Shown here: positions 39,301 through 52,200 of the stretch, one piece after another
How the letters are laid out: every line of letters starts with the position of its first letter
How positions within the stretch are numbered: position 1 is the first letter of the stretch
NCBI GenBank assembly: GCA_020891255.1
Contig: BQFW01000007.1
Span: 2,480,001-2,544,000, forward strand
DNA from: Entomortierella parvispora E1425
Lineage: Eukaryota; Fungi; Mortierellomycota
Length of the DNA stretch: 64,000 bases
Direction of reading: 5' to 3'
The notes under the pieces: model-generated
What the model was told of the DNA's origin: nothing
Databases searched by the model: none
What the model saw: only the letters and a program-made list of their open reading frames with translations
Program-made: the position numbers and the translations under genes

Positions 39301-40718
39301 GCTTGCATCGAAATCTGTCAACAGACTCCAGTTGGTAATCAGAGGGTAATTGCGACTCAGCCTCAGTGAAATTGGTCTCCAAATGCCTAGTAGGTATAAT
39401 CAAATATCAGTCTCCTTTTCCATGTTCCTGAATGTCTCCGCTCACGGTGCTCGGATGATTATTTACCACATGGAGCAAATGCAGGACCCCAATCCCAGGA
39501 GAATGCGCACTTTGAATTGATATAGACTACGTTAGTGACAGACCCTCTCTCGATTTCTGTCTCCCGTGCATGACTGTGCTACTGCTACCTGTTCCTTTCT
39601 GATGAAATTTCGGTAGGGGAACCCATGTTGCGCGGCGCTCATGTTGAACATATCCGGTACCTATTTTGCCCAGAGCAAAAAAAAAAAAAAAAAAAAAAGT
39701 ACACGAGCATGAGTTGAAAAATTGAGAACTGGAGGCTGGCAGTTAATCAGGTGTTTGCATACATAGTATGGATAGGAGTCCGCTCCATCCCGAGCATTTT
39801 GAATGGCACTGTCGAACTGAATGCGGAGTATATTGGTTTGTTTGGTTCCTTGAAGGAGGGCGTCTCTTACGTTCAAGAGGTAGTGACGGAATTGATTGTC
39901 CGTCTTCCCCACAATTCTGCCATTCAAGGTAACAGTAGCGATAGTGTCGAGGCCCTCACAGTCCAGAAATGCCTCTGAGAAAGGATCTTTGTCGACTTGA
40001 AATTCTTTTTCGTAGATCCACGTCTTGTACATCACAGCTCTGACGGACTCTCTAAAATTGGACTTGACCTGTCAATGCTGGTCGAGGTCTGCTTTTCTCA
40101 GAAAAGCATTGCGCATCGTACTTACTTGACGTAGTTGGTCCCATAGTAGACATCGTCGTCAAGCAGGCCCGCCTGAATGAGATCAAGGTGCACTTGTCCT
40201 AGAAGGATGGGACATTGCCGAGATATTCTAATTGAGTCTCAGCGCTTTCAAACGGTCTCAACTTGTGGCAAGATAGTACCTGGAACGAGGGCCTCGATTT
40301 TCACAGTGCTCTCGGCGTCTTGCAGACTCCACCGGCCATTCAAATCAATTGTCGTGGTGTGGGGATGAGATCTATTCTCGAGTTTATCGAGCACCGTGTT
40401 GACAGACGGAATGTTGGCGTCTTTCAAGTACCTTGCGGCCAACTCCTTGAGACGACCATCATCGGTGACAAACATCAGCAACAATACGGAGTTGATCACG
40501 ATAGGCTCCTTGCGTTGCTGAGATGGAAATGTCTGGACATCCAACTTCAACACTTCAAACAACGCGTACACAGTGGGATTCCAAGGCATCTCCTTGTCTG
40601 GGAATTCAGAATGGGCTTTACTAAATTCCTTTGCTAAAAACACATCGTCCTGTGAGATTTCCGAGATATAGCCAATGGAGTATCGTTGAGACAGTTCCAA
40701 GAATGCATTGTATGCCAT
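36387..40718 (-). CDS. GH2 beta-mannosidase with an N-terminal extension
   Basis: VP|GQVHLDL, FAKGSNWIP, NMVRIWGGG, WQEFM, LWSGNNE (acid/base), RFVS|EYG (nucleophile) and GALYWQLNDIW. Confidence 0.93.
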
Positions 40719-41439
40719 TGTTGACGAGAGAATGCTAGAGTGCTGTAGGACCAATGCAGGATTCAGACGACACGAACGAGGGAATGAAGGAATGAGGGAA
40801 TGAACAAAGGGAACGAATGTCGCCGTGCGTGGGAGTTTGTCAGAGTCGGCCAACCTGCCTCCACACTCTCACGCGCACGCAGGGATTTTTCAGCCCAGGC
40901 GATCCTCGGCCGATGATTGGCTGATCCCGCGCTGCTGTTCCTGGCCCATGCATCCAGACGTGGACCAGGGCTAATTGCTTGTCTGGCTGTCCGTCTGTCT
41001 GTCTGCCCGTCTGTCCGCCCGTCAGTCGTCTGTCTGCCATCCGTTCATAGTCTTGTCAGTGACCTCAATCACTATCCTTCAGAGATACACACCCTACCTG
41101 GCCCTGATTCTTTTGGACTTACGGATACGAGACGCGGTTCCGATCAGCGCTAGTCTTCAGGACAGTCGAGGCATTCTGGACAGACGACCCCTTGCTGCTC
41201 TCCCTTTCCCTCGCACAACACTGTCATAAAGTTCGAGTTCAAACCCCAAAGCCTTGCTCATTGTCTCCAAATGTCCTGCTCGCGAGAGAAGCAATCGCTT
41301 ATTTATATTCTACAACTTTTGCTCTCTTGTTCGATATTTCGATCCTTTTGTGCTCCATTTCCTTCTCATTCCATCCATTCACAGCATCTGGTCCGACGAA
41401 ACAAAACAGCCCTGCGTTCATACTCGCCTATTTTCAACA

Positions 41440-44400
41440 ATGCGAGCTTCTTTCATCATCTTGGCTCTCTCGGCGTCTGTTGCCGTCGTCCAAGCCCTTC
41501 CCACAGGATTTGACGCGGAAACCATCCCTTCCCCGTCTCAATCCTCTTTTAGCGCGCCCGACCTCGATTTCGACCTAGAGGGTGGCTCCTTTGAGGCTTT
41601 TGAAGCCGCGTCACCTTCCAGCTTTCTGATCGAACTCGATGTTCCACCAGCAGGGATGAACCGACATGAACGTATCCGGCTGGAAAACAGTGGTGATCTC
41701 CACGATGTCACCGAGAGTCGACGGACCACTGTTGCGGTCCAACATGAAAACTTTCAGTCGTACTTGAGCGACAACCTTAAACTCGAGTTCTCAGTGCGGC
41801 ACGAGTTCTTTGACTTGATAAATGGAATGAGTATCGATCTTCGAGACATTCCCCCGAAAAAAATACCAAAGATCCTTGAGAAGATTAGATCCACACCTGG
41901 GGTTGTCAGTGTATCGCCACTCGTAAGTCTGTCGAACTAAGACCGATGAAGACTGGGATAAATTTTGCCAACAAGCCTAACGTGGTATTGTATCTACCCA
42001 TCTAGATCACCGTGAACAGACCCAAGACCATCGTGCACGAGCAAGATTTTGATTCTTTTAATGTCGAGCATTTACTCAGTAGTACACACGAAAAGACTGG
42101 AGTCCTTGGGGTCCGCGATACCCTCGGATTCAAAGGAAGAAACATCCGGGTCGGTGTCATCGGTAAGTGATCAAAGGTGAACCCCATAGTCAGTCGAAGG
42201 GATATCATGGGATACCTTAGGATTGACTAGGCTTTCTTATTAGATACCGGCGTGGATTACACACACGAGGCTTTTGGATCGTGCTATGGTAACATTCCTA
42301 AACAGAAGCACCGATGACATTGGCTTTCGAACTGTCATACCGATTCATGTTTCATTGCGGTGACTAGGTCCTGGTTGCAAAGTGGCCATCGGATATGATT
42401 TTGTGGACGAAAATTCCAAGACTCCAGGAGGATTCGATTGTGTTGGGGTATATTCATCAAAGAATTGGAGACTAGTGGATCCAAAAGGTAGAGGGGTCGT
42501 CACCAACTACCTTCTAATAGTATCAGATGTTGTCATCCTATAGCATGGAACTCATGTAGCTGGAATCATTGCTGGCAACTGCAGTGCGTCCGGCTTTTTT
42601 GGAGTGGCGCCTGAAGGTAGTTTTTCTCTGATGAGCGATTGAATACAATGTGCGATAATCAGTCTCACCATAGGTCTGTATTTCCTGTAGTTGTCATTGG
42701 GGCCTACAGGGTATTCCCCTGTTCTGGTAATTCGAAGGACGACGTTATCATTGCAGCTCTCGAGCGTGCATACCAGGACAACATGGATATAATCAACATG
42801 TCCCTCGGCGGAGGGTCATCTTGGGCCAATACATCGCTATCGCGCGTGGCTGGGATGCTCTCTGATCTCGGTGTTATTGTCGTTGCAGCGGTCGGTAACG
42901 ATGGAGAGCTCGGCTTGGACGAAATTTCGTCTCCCTCGATCAATAGTAAAGCCATTTCGGTCGCGAGTTTCGAAGGCGCGGGCTACGCTTCAAGCTACTT
43001 TCAAGTGGATGGCAATAATGATACAAGAATTGGTAATTCATTGAGGATGCCTTGCCCTTTTTTCAAGGAGGATCTTTGCGTGAATTTCGCCATCTCACTC
43101 TCACTTCAAATAGATTACTCGGACAAACCCCCAAAAGACTATATCGAAAAGGCTATCGACTTGGTGCTACCGAGTCATGACGAGGAGGGATGTTCTTCCT
43201 ATCCCAACAGCGTCGACGGATCAGTTGTTTTGTTGAAGCGTGGTTCATGTACTTTTATATCAAAGGTTCGTTTCCCCAGAAAGAACAGAGTGAGATGAGC
43301 CACCTTTTGTTTCGCACAAAAACAATCAAACAACTCGTCTGATATTTTGACTGTTTACCATTGCTACTCTACAGATCAAAATTGCGCAGGATGCCGGTGC
43401 GGTGGGATGCATTTTCTATAACAATGTCAATGGTACCTTACATCCTATGGTAGATGAACCCAGCGTAAAAATCTTTGGCCACGGAATCACATTAGCTCAA
43501 GGCCAACTTTTACTGGATCAGTTCAAAGCAGCAGGTAGCGACTCCATTAAGATTGTTTACAGAGCAAAGAAGGGCATCTTCGAGAATGAGTTGGGTGGAA
43601 AGATTTCTATATTCTCTAGCTGGGGGCTTGGTCCAGAGCTGGAGCTCAAGCCTGACATTGGTGCCCCAGGAGGAAATATCTACAGCACCATACCAGTAAG
43701 TCCCGGTTGATGAGTGATTTTGATTTTGGCCATTTGTCAATAGCTCTGACGTTTTGGGTTTTATTAGGTTGCCAAGGGATCATACACGACCATGTCTGGA
43801 ACATCAATGGCGACACCCTATGTGGCAGGCGCAGCAGCACTCCTCTTGGAGTCTGAACCCACTGTTGACCGAGCAAGCGTCCTTGGCCGACTTCAGATGT
43901 ACGGCAAGCCGGGATATCTTCCAGATCGACAAGTCCTGGATTCAGCTGCAAGACAGGGAGCAGGCATGATTAACATCTTGAACACAGTTCAGGGGAAGGC
44001 ATTCATCTCTCCATCGCACCTTGCCCTGAATGACTCCGTCCACACTGAGGGCATCTACAACTTGACCCTTACCAACCACTATGCAACCGGGGAGGAGTTC
44101 AAGCTCACCCATCTTCCTGCCATATCTATTCTTGGATTCAGGCCGTCAGGACAGCCCTCAGACAAGATCCAATATGATGAGGCAGCGGCCGATCTTGTAT
44201 TCGGCAGCCCCACAGTGAAATTGGAGCCCAACGAGACTCGAACTTTCACTATCCGTTTCAATGCCCCACAGACCTTGGACGCTGCGAGCCATTGGATCTA
44301 TAGTGGGTACATCAAAATAGAGCCGACTCTGGACACGACGCGACCTGCGCTTCAGGTGCCTTACGCTGGAATGCATGGGTCCTACAGTACAGTCGATATT

Positions 44401-44847
44401 CTTGATATGCAGAGTGGGTACCCCGTCATGCTGGGACCTAACCCCGATGGTCGACTGTCACCGGTCAATAGCGCATCCGACAGCAGTAAACGAGTGTATA
44501 CGATGAGGGGCAAGAACATTGTCACGTTGGTTCTCAAGATTTCAAACCCAGTGAGGAGCGTGAGGGTCTATGTACTGGATACAGAGACTAAAAAAATCCA
44601 AGGCATTGTACCCATGAACGGCGAGTATATCGGAAGAACAGATTCATCGAAGCAAAAGTTCTTTTTTGTCGCCTGGGCGGGTCGCATGATCGACTTGGAC
44701 GGCAATTTTGTGGCAGTCCCCGATGGATCGTACTCGCTGATTGTCGTTGCGTCCAAGCCATTCTCAGACACTGCTGCACTGAGTAAAGAACCGCACGAGA
44801 CGTGGGTGTCACCCACGTTCACCATAGAGAAGGACAACCAATCTTGA
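41440..44847 (+). CDS. Secreted subtilisin-like serine protease (S8 with PA and C-terminal Fn3-like domain)
   Basis: Signal peptide [19 protein letters not shown]; triad GVI|DTGVD, HGTHVAG and [12 protein letters not shown]; PA-domain KRGSCTF; [12 protein letters not shown]. Confidence 0.95.
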
Positions 44848-46262
44848 AGTATGGTTGTTTGACACGATCGACGTTTACAGAAAATAAAAATAAGAAAAAT
44901 GAATGCGAAAAGCGCACAACCAGTGGCCCCCATGCATGCACCAATTGGTGGCAAACCAGGGTTGAACAGGCCAACGCTGCTTCGAGAAAATGAAAGCAAT
45001 GTGGTCCAGGACGGTGATCATTCGATCCAGGAGTGGAGTGGAAGTGTCTTTGTGTCGATGTCCATACCTCGGCCCCACAAGGGGCTTCTTTGCAGAACAG
45101 GACGGAAGTTGCTGCCTCCGCGCGTGCATCTCCGAACTCTACATTCAGCCCAATTGGAACCCCGCGACTCGATCGGTTCTTTGGCACCGTCACCTTGAGG
45201 AACTTTAGAAGACAGGGCGGAGACCCAGGCGCACTGCAGTCTGGCAAAGTTGGCTACCGATGAGGATTGCTCATGGAATTGGCGTGTGCAAGGTGGTCAA
45301 GTGCAGTTGGTGAACGCAGACTGGAGGGGAGGATTGAGGGAGGATGGACAAACATGCAGAAAGAAAAAGAAAGGTAGAGAGAAAAGGGTCCATCCATATG
45401 GTGGCTTAGGCCGATCTGCCAGTTCTGGTTCCCAGCAGTGCAGCAGTGCCGCCATTTGCCATATGTCAATGCCAATGCCAATGCCATTGCCAGCACGTCT
45501 TCTTCACCTCTGACCTCCATCCCCTTCTCGTCCCAGGTGCAGCCCGTCCCCCTTCTCCTACAACCCCTTCTTCATCCCATCTTCTCCACTCTTGCTCCAA
45601 CCCCGGACAGCTGGATCCAGTCCATACCATCATCCGCCCATTCATTTCCGACACCGATATATCGCCAAGGTAGCGTCCTCTGCCTTACATCTCGAAACGA
45701 CCGCACCCTTCTACAGACACCATGCTTCCTCTGGTGTCAGTCCATTCTGAGGATGCCACCAGATTCCCCATCCACATTTCACCTGCCTTGAATGGCATAC
45801 CTGGAGGACGTTCACCCTCGTCCTCTGTTTGGCATGAATGCAGTCTCATCGTGGCCATGTCTGTCAGTGCAAGAACATGTCCTCATCACTTTCGGGCCAG
45901 GGGGTTGATGAGGGGGAATGCACTGAAGCACTCGCGCAGAAGGCGATGGACAGGAGCACAGAGAAGACGAAGTAGAGAGAAAGCGAGCGAACGAACAAAA
46001 GGTGTCAGAGATGAGAGCGTTCTGTCGGACTAAGTCGACTAATCTGAACTGGATGCATTTCCCCCCTCTAGGAGTCAGGGTCTTCTTTTTTTTTTTCTCT
46101 TCGCTTTCTCAGTCCAGCCACTGGATGCAGGCAGATCATTTCGGCATCGTCCTCTCACCACTTGGCCCCCTTCCCTTGACAGTCAGGAGATTTCGACTCT
46201 AAGGACAACCCGCGCAAAGATTGACATTCGGTCAACGAGCGCATGCCTGAGTGTTATACAGA

Positions 46263-49200
46263 ATGAAGAGCGTCCGCCAGAAATGGGCCTCCCACAAGAC
46301 ATACCGTAAAATTCAACGGACATGGCAGGATTACAGCAATGCTGTTGAGCGAAGGCAAGTGCAGCGTGCCCCTTCTCTCACTCTCTCAGGACATGGAGGC
46401 TGCTCAGTTGCTGTCGTTGGACCAAGGGACCAGGAGCAACAGAGCGAACTGGACCCTTTGGAAGGCGGCTTTAGCCTTCCAGATAATGCGCTCTTGTTGA
46501 TGTTCATGCGAGAGCCTTTCGACAAAAAAATGCTGAGAGCAAAGAGTGGCCACTAGGGTTAATGGCTGACACCTGTAACGGCCACTGGACATTGGCGATC
46601 GATGGATAGATATCATATTTAAGGGCTACTCCAGAGCCAAAAACGCAGCTTGTCCATCTCCGCCAAGCCAACCACACTAATATCTGCCCTTGTATTTTAC
46701 AGCGTCGAGGTCGAAATAGTTGCTCAAAAGTTGACGGCATTCTTGGAAACTTTTGATGAGTCCTACCACGAGATGATACCTCAAGCAGAGCTGGAGCAGA
46801 TACCATTAACCGTGGAGAAGATATATGGTGACTGCTCAGAAGTTTTGGTTACTCTCTTTAACGACTTTGAAAGGTACGGCTACCCCTATTAGAGGCATGC
46901 AAGCGCACTGTATGGTAGTACAGCAGCCGCTATTTTATCTTACTGACCCTTCATAATGTCTTTCGAAATTTGTGTTCATAGAGAGACTCTGCTGAAAAAG
47001 TCGAATCGGTCGAAATGTCTACAGGAGCCGTTGAACAAATCACTGGCGTTAATCAACCTGATATTGAAGGTAGACCATCATCAACAGCTGGAACGGAATT
47101 CGTCCGTCAAATGGCATAGCATCATACTCATTCCGTTTACTCTTCCAATTTGTTACAGGAGGAAAAATATAGAAGGCAGGTGGCGGAAGCGAATGATTTC
47201 ATCTCGAGGCTGCTCTCTCTACTAGAGAGACCAGGGCAGTCTGAAACCAAGATCCTGCTGCTTCGCATTGTTGCCACCATAGGAGAGAGCGATAGGAACA
47301 AAATCGAGATCGGTAAGCAGTGAAAGGTCACAGGGATGCAATTTAGAGGGTTCTCTCGACTGACTTATCATAATTATATCGACAATAGCGAAACTGGAGG
47401 GCTACAGGAAAATACTCCGACTTTTGATTGCTGAGGACTCTTTGCTGACGCAAGAAGTCGTCAGGACAGTGAACCATCTTTTGGAATTCAGAGACGATCA
47501 TCCAAATATTGCAGACTTGGCGTTGGTCGCACCAGGGCTTAAGTCGTCATCATCTAGCCCCTCAATACCCGCCGCTAAACCCATTACTGTGCTTGGATTC
47601 AATCCAAAGTCGCTGTTATCGCGATCCTCTGTCCAGCTGAGCCGGTCTCAATCTCAGAGTTCAGCCTTGCCCCCCAGACCAAGATCATTTGTCATGGACA
47701 GGCAGCTCACTCGAGGAACATCCCCATTCGACTCACCACGTTCCCAAAGTAGTGGATCTTCCTTAAAGAACATGACCAGCATGGACCGAGTATCGCAGGC
47801 AATTAGCGAAGTTAGAGGAATGTTTGTACAAGAGCTTGGACGGATATTCCCGCAGCTGAAGGATCAGGATGGTCTCGGGATTCTCGGAATGGGAAGTGAC
47901 GAGACGGGCCGTACGAGCACTGAAAAACACTATATACCCAACGCGGAACAGATTCAGTTTACGATTGCATACTATTCGCAGCTCATTGGTCAAGATCACG
48001 AAACTCCAGATCGCCCAAGTTCGCCAACGTCAGTGCGTACTTTGGATCCCACCGAGTCAACAGAGACAACATCAACAATCCCCAACTCATCAATGAAGGC
48101 TACCCCCGTACCAAAGGCCAAGGTTGAACGAAGGACCTCTCTCAAGAAAATGATGTCTTCGCCAGACCTTCATGTTGTTACAAAGCCAAAGTTGGAGGCT
48201 CGGAGAAATTCTGAGGACAGACTCTCAACGGAATTGTCCCGAGCAACACGAGGGGCTGCTGTAGAGCTGGCACAGGAGGAGGAATACCTTCGAAAGAGTC
48301 AACCAGACAATGTCCTCAAGGTAATGTTCTCTGCCACTCACCTGCCTAGGGGATCAATATTTTATAGCCGGTACTAATAGATGCTTATTCAACAGGAATT
48401 TATGAGGTCTCAGGGCGCACTAAAGTCGCTCATGGCGATTCTTAGCGATGGGTCCTCTCCACCATATGATCTTCAGGGGTCTAAAAAGTCATCAAAACAC
48501 ACGTTTTCAACAGGAACGCGGCTTGCAACCAAAATCGATATCATGGAGACAGTTTGCAAAGTCCTTTTTCAAAACTCTGCCAATCAGTCAGAATTCAGGT
48601 CCATAGATGGCTATTCAGTCTTGCTCCGAGTGTTTGATGAGATCGTCCACCCGCCTGGCAATGGCAGACATTTGGATTCCGATTTGCCCCCTCTTCCTCA
48701 CAGTGCCATAGGACTGGAAAATCTGGCCTCTAACTCTTCTGGAGATCTCTTGCACAGGGACTTTGGTCATGAGTCTGAGGGCCAATCAGGATCTGTAGGA
48801 GGAATGATGTCAAACAAGAGGTCATTGTTGTTGGGGTCGCTGCTGGCAGTGTTTTTTGACCTGACATTGGATGGATCGGCTCGGGATATGGTGCAAAACA
48901 TGGACGCGTTTCATTTCCTCTTTCGGCTACTGCTGGAATCAAAACAGCTCGATATTCGACAAAACGCCCTCTACGCCATCCAGGATTTGATCTCATTGAA
49001 CTCCCTTAACGCCGTGGCGGCTTGGAGAGGTGGGCAAGTCGATTTGTTGATTGGAAAGCTGCGAGAGTGTCTCAGCGTGCGATCGAGCGAAGGAACTCTT
49101 CTTGATGCTCAGTGGGAGCTTGGTCGTCAATTGGGACTGGAACTGCAGTCATCAAATGCGCGTCAAGTGCATTTTGCGAATTTGTCCTATTTTGGCGACT

Positions 49201-52200
49201 TTGTTGTTTCTGAAGACACAGCTGTTCTAGCAGACATGATTGAGCACAGCTCCCCTGTGTACCAGTATGTTTTGGGCCTTACTCGACTACTGGAATATAT
49301 CGCGGTCATGCTTGTACAGGATAACGCCTACGTTCTTTATGTAAGTTATACATTGGGGGAGAGAGAATGTTTACTGTTGACAGGCCTCAAGCTAAATTAT
49401 CCTATATTTTTTTTCTTGTAGGAACTATCCCGGTTGCTCATGGAGGTTGAGTTTCCGGATGACAGCTCCATCGTGGTCAATATCGTTCTAAGGAGTGTTG
49501 GTCGAATCATTTCCGATATGGTAGCCCGGGACGTGCCCGTCGAGGAAAAGTTTGCCAGCATATACCTCCACATGGCCAGGCGAATGCTGGATAACAGGAA
49601 AAAGAGCGAATGGACTCCCAAAACAGAGGATGATGAGCAGGAGCAGGAGCTTCGAGACTGTGTCCACACGGAGCAGCGGCTTTTGACACTTCATATCCTT
49701 GGCCTCGTGCTGAAGGGCATGGGTGACAATGCTGGGCATGTATTCGAGCTTCTACAAGGATTCGAAACTCTCACAAGTACGATCCTTTTAGAGAAAAGAT
49801 CTTGCCACCACACCACCGACCATGTGCCCGAAAAGCCCGCGACCTATGCTGCTTCGCTGGCAAACCCGAATCTCTGCCAGGACTGCTTTCGATCCGATAT
49901 TGTCATCTCAGATTTGGCTTTGTGGCTCTTCCGAGAGCTCGCTCTACAGGACAGTCCCTGCGAGTCAGCCGTTGTATGGGTGATGACCATGTTAAAATCT
50001 ACTCTGGCGGGGATCGAGGACCTCAGGAAGCAGGGCGAAAGCACGCAGTTGACTAGCAAGTACAGTCAGACGTTTCTTCATGTTCAACAAGAGATCCAGC
50101 AAGACCAAGCCCATGCCTTGCTGGCATACCTATACACCAAGATTTGTGGCACCCTTTCTCTGATTTTCAGGAAGCGCAGTGAATCTAAGACTACCTTCGG
50201 AGAAGCATCTGGCATGCAAATTCTTTTGAGTGTTTTGAGTGTAAGTAGTGCAGAGAAAACAGCTCTTCTACAAACTATGGATCTGGTGCAGTGGACTAAC
50301 GGAGCCCTCTTTCCCTTTGGGTAATAGAGCTCTCAACATCCGGACATCGCAACCGCGGCATTGATTGCCATTGGTGACTTTTTTGCTGGTTACGAAGGCG
50401 CAAAGGCACTTCCAGGCGCTAGTTTTGGATATGACGGATTTCTGGAAATAGTTCTTGATTCTTGCAGACCATTAGACAAGTATGATGAGTGGCACGGAAT
50501 TAGAGCTGGAATGACCTTCATTAGAAACATTGGTCTAGAGTATTAACACCATTTTTTGTTTCTAGGATGTCCTGCGAGGTAGTCTTGGAGGTTGCTACTG
50601 TGGGAAACGTGATGTCGACAAAGACCCGGCCCCATGTCGAGTCTGATAGCTCCATTTACTGCACAGAAGTATGGCCCTACATTGCAAGTCTATCGGACAT
50701 TCAAGCGCTCTTCCATGCGGCCCTGCCTTTCACAAGTCCACGGAAAGTTGGCGAGCGGAATTCGTTCAGGGTCGCAGATTCATGTCCAAACCGCTTGGAG
50801 CGACCAGGTGGATCCCATCTATTTCAAACGAATGGTCGAGGAACACCTTCTCGCCCCAGTAGCGTCTACTTGGAGGAGGTTCAGGAAAGCCAAAGTCCCT
50901 TCTTACAGGGATCTCAAACTCCAACTCAGTCCAGTAGTCTCCCCTCGTCCAATTCAGCTGCAAGTAATGCCGGCGTTACTGCTACTCCACCGAACCGCTA
51001 TAGCATCTTTGGTCTTTCCCCCTGGTCCAACACGATATCGCCCACCATTTCAGTCTCTCCTGCACTGGATCGACCCGAGAGCCCGTTTTCGATCCCAAAG
51101 ATCATGGACCCTTCTGAGCCGGTAGCATCAACTTCATCTCGGAGGAGCAGTTTGAATATGCATCGCAGTGGTACTTCTACCCCATCACCAGCCGCTGAAA
51201 GCCACCCCGTGGATCAAGGGCCAACATCCAGCACCAAGTTACTGCAAACACCAAAGGAGAAGAGTGTTGTCAACAGGCAGCGCAGCAACTCCAGGAATCT
51301 TGGAGGCTTTGGTTTGAATACAACCAACCTCGGGTTTCAATCTGTGGTACCTTCAGAACGGATAGCCTTCAAGCAGTTGGCAGGAATTGTTTTTCGCGAT
51401 GCGGATGCTGCTAGGATGACCCTGCGCCTTCTCGGAAGGATCATCGATTGCAACAATCCAAAGTTGGCGACAGATTACTTTAATCTGCTAATGTTGCTCA
51501 TGGAAGTTACGCCGAGGAACAAGGAGCTTCTTGGACGCAACAACGGCCTCCGATTCATGCTCCAGATCCTGTTCCGACGGGGTCGTCAACACGAGGGACC
51601 GGGAGTTAATGCTGCAGGATACCCATATCTCCCACGAACAGCCGACCCCCCTTATGTCGATCTTGTTCCGGCCATGGGAGCATACGATATCACCGTGGAA
51701 GATGTGCGACTGTTGTTCGATGCGGTTTATGATCCCTTGAGCATGTTTTACCAGCTAACTACGGTACCGAGCCAGTCAACGGCCTCCTTGGGAACCAGCA
51801 TCAAGGATGCGTTGGGACCTTTACCGGAGCTGCCAGTCAAATTCGACAAGGAGGGTGGATCGCGACGGAACTCTGGAGGAAGATTACGGTCGGAATCGGC
51901 TGGAGCGTTTACTCCGCTCTCGAGCAAGCGTGCCGCTGCCCAACGCTACCAAGGATCCGCGATGGGATCTTATGGTGGTCTCCAGTTCAACCCAATGTTT
52001 ATCGGGGAGATGGAGCAGCAAATGATGTACTCCATCGAGAAGATTTCAGAGCGTGTGGACCCACCAGCTTACTTCAACTTTAATGGACTCGATGCAGGAC
52101 TGACGACACAGCCTGGAGTTGTAGAGAAAGCCATCTCTGCGAAGGGCGGCTACACTGTTAGTGTCTGGGTCAAGGTGACGGCCTTCCTTGAGAAAGAGAC

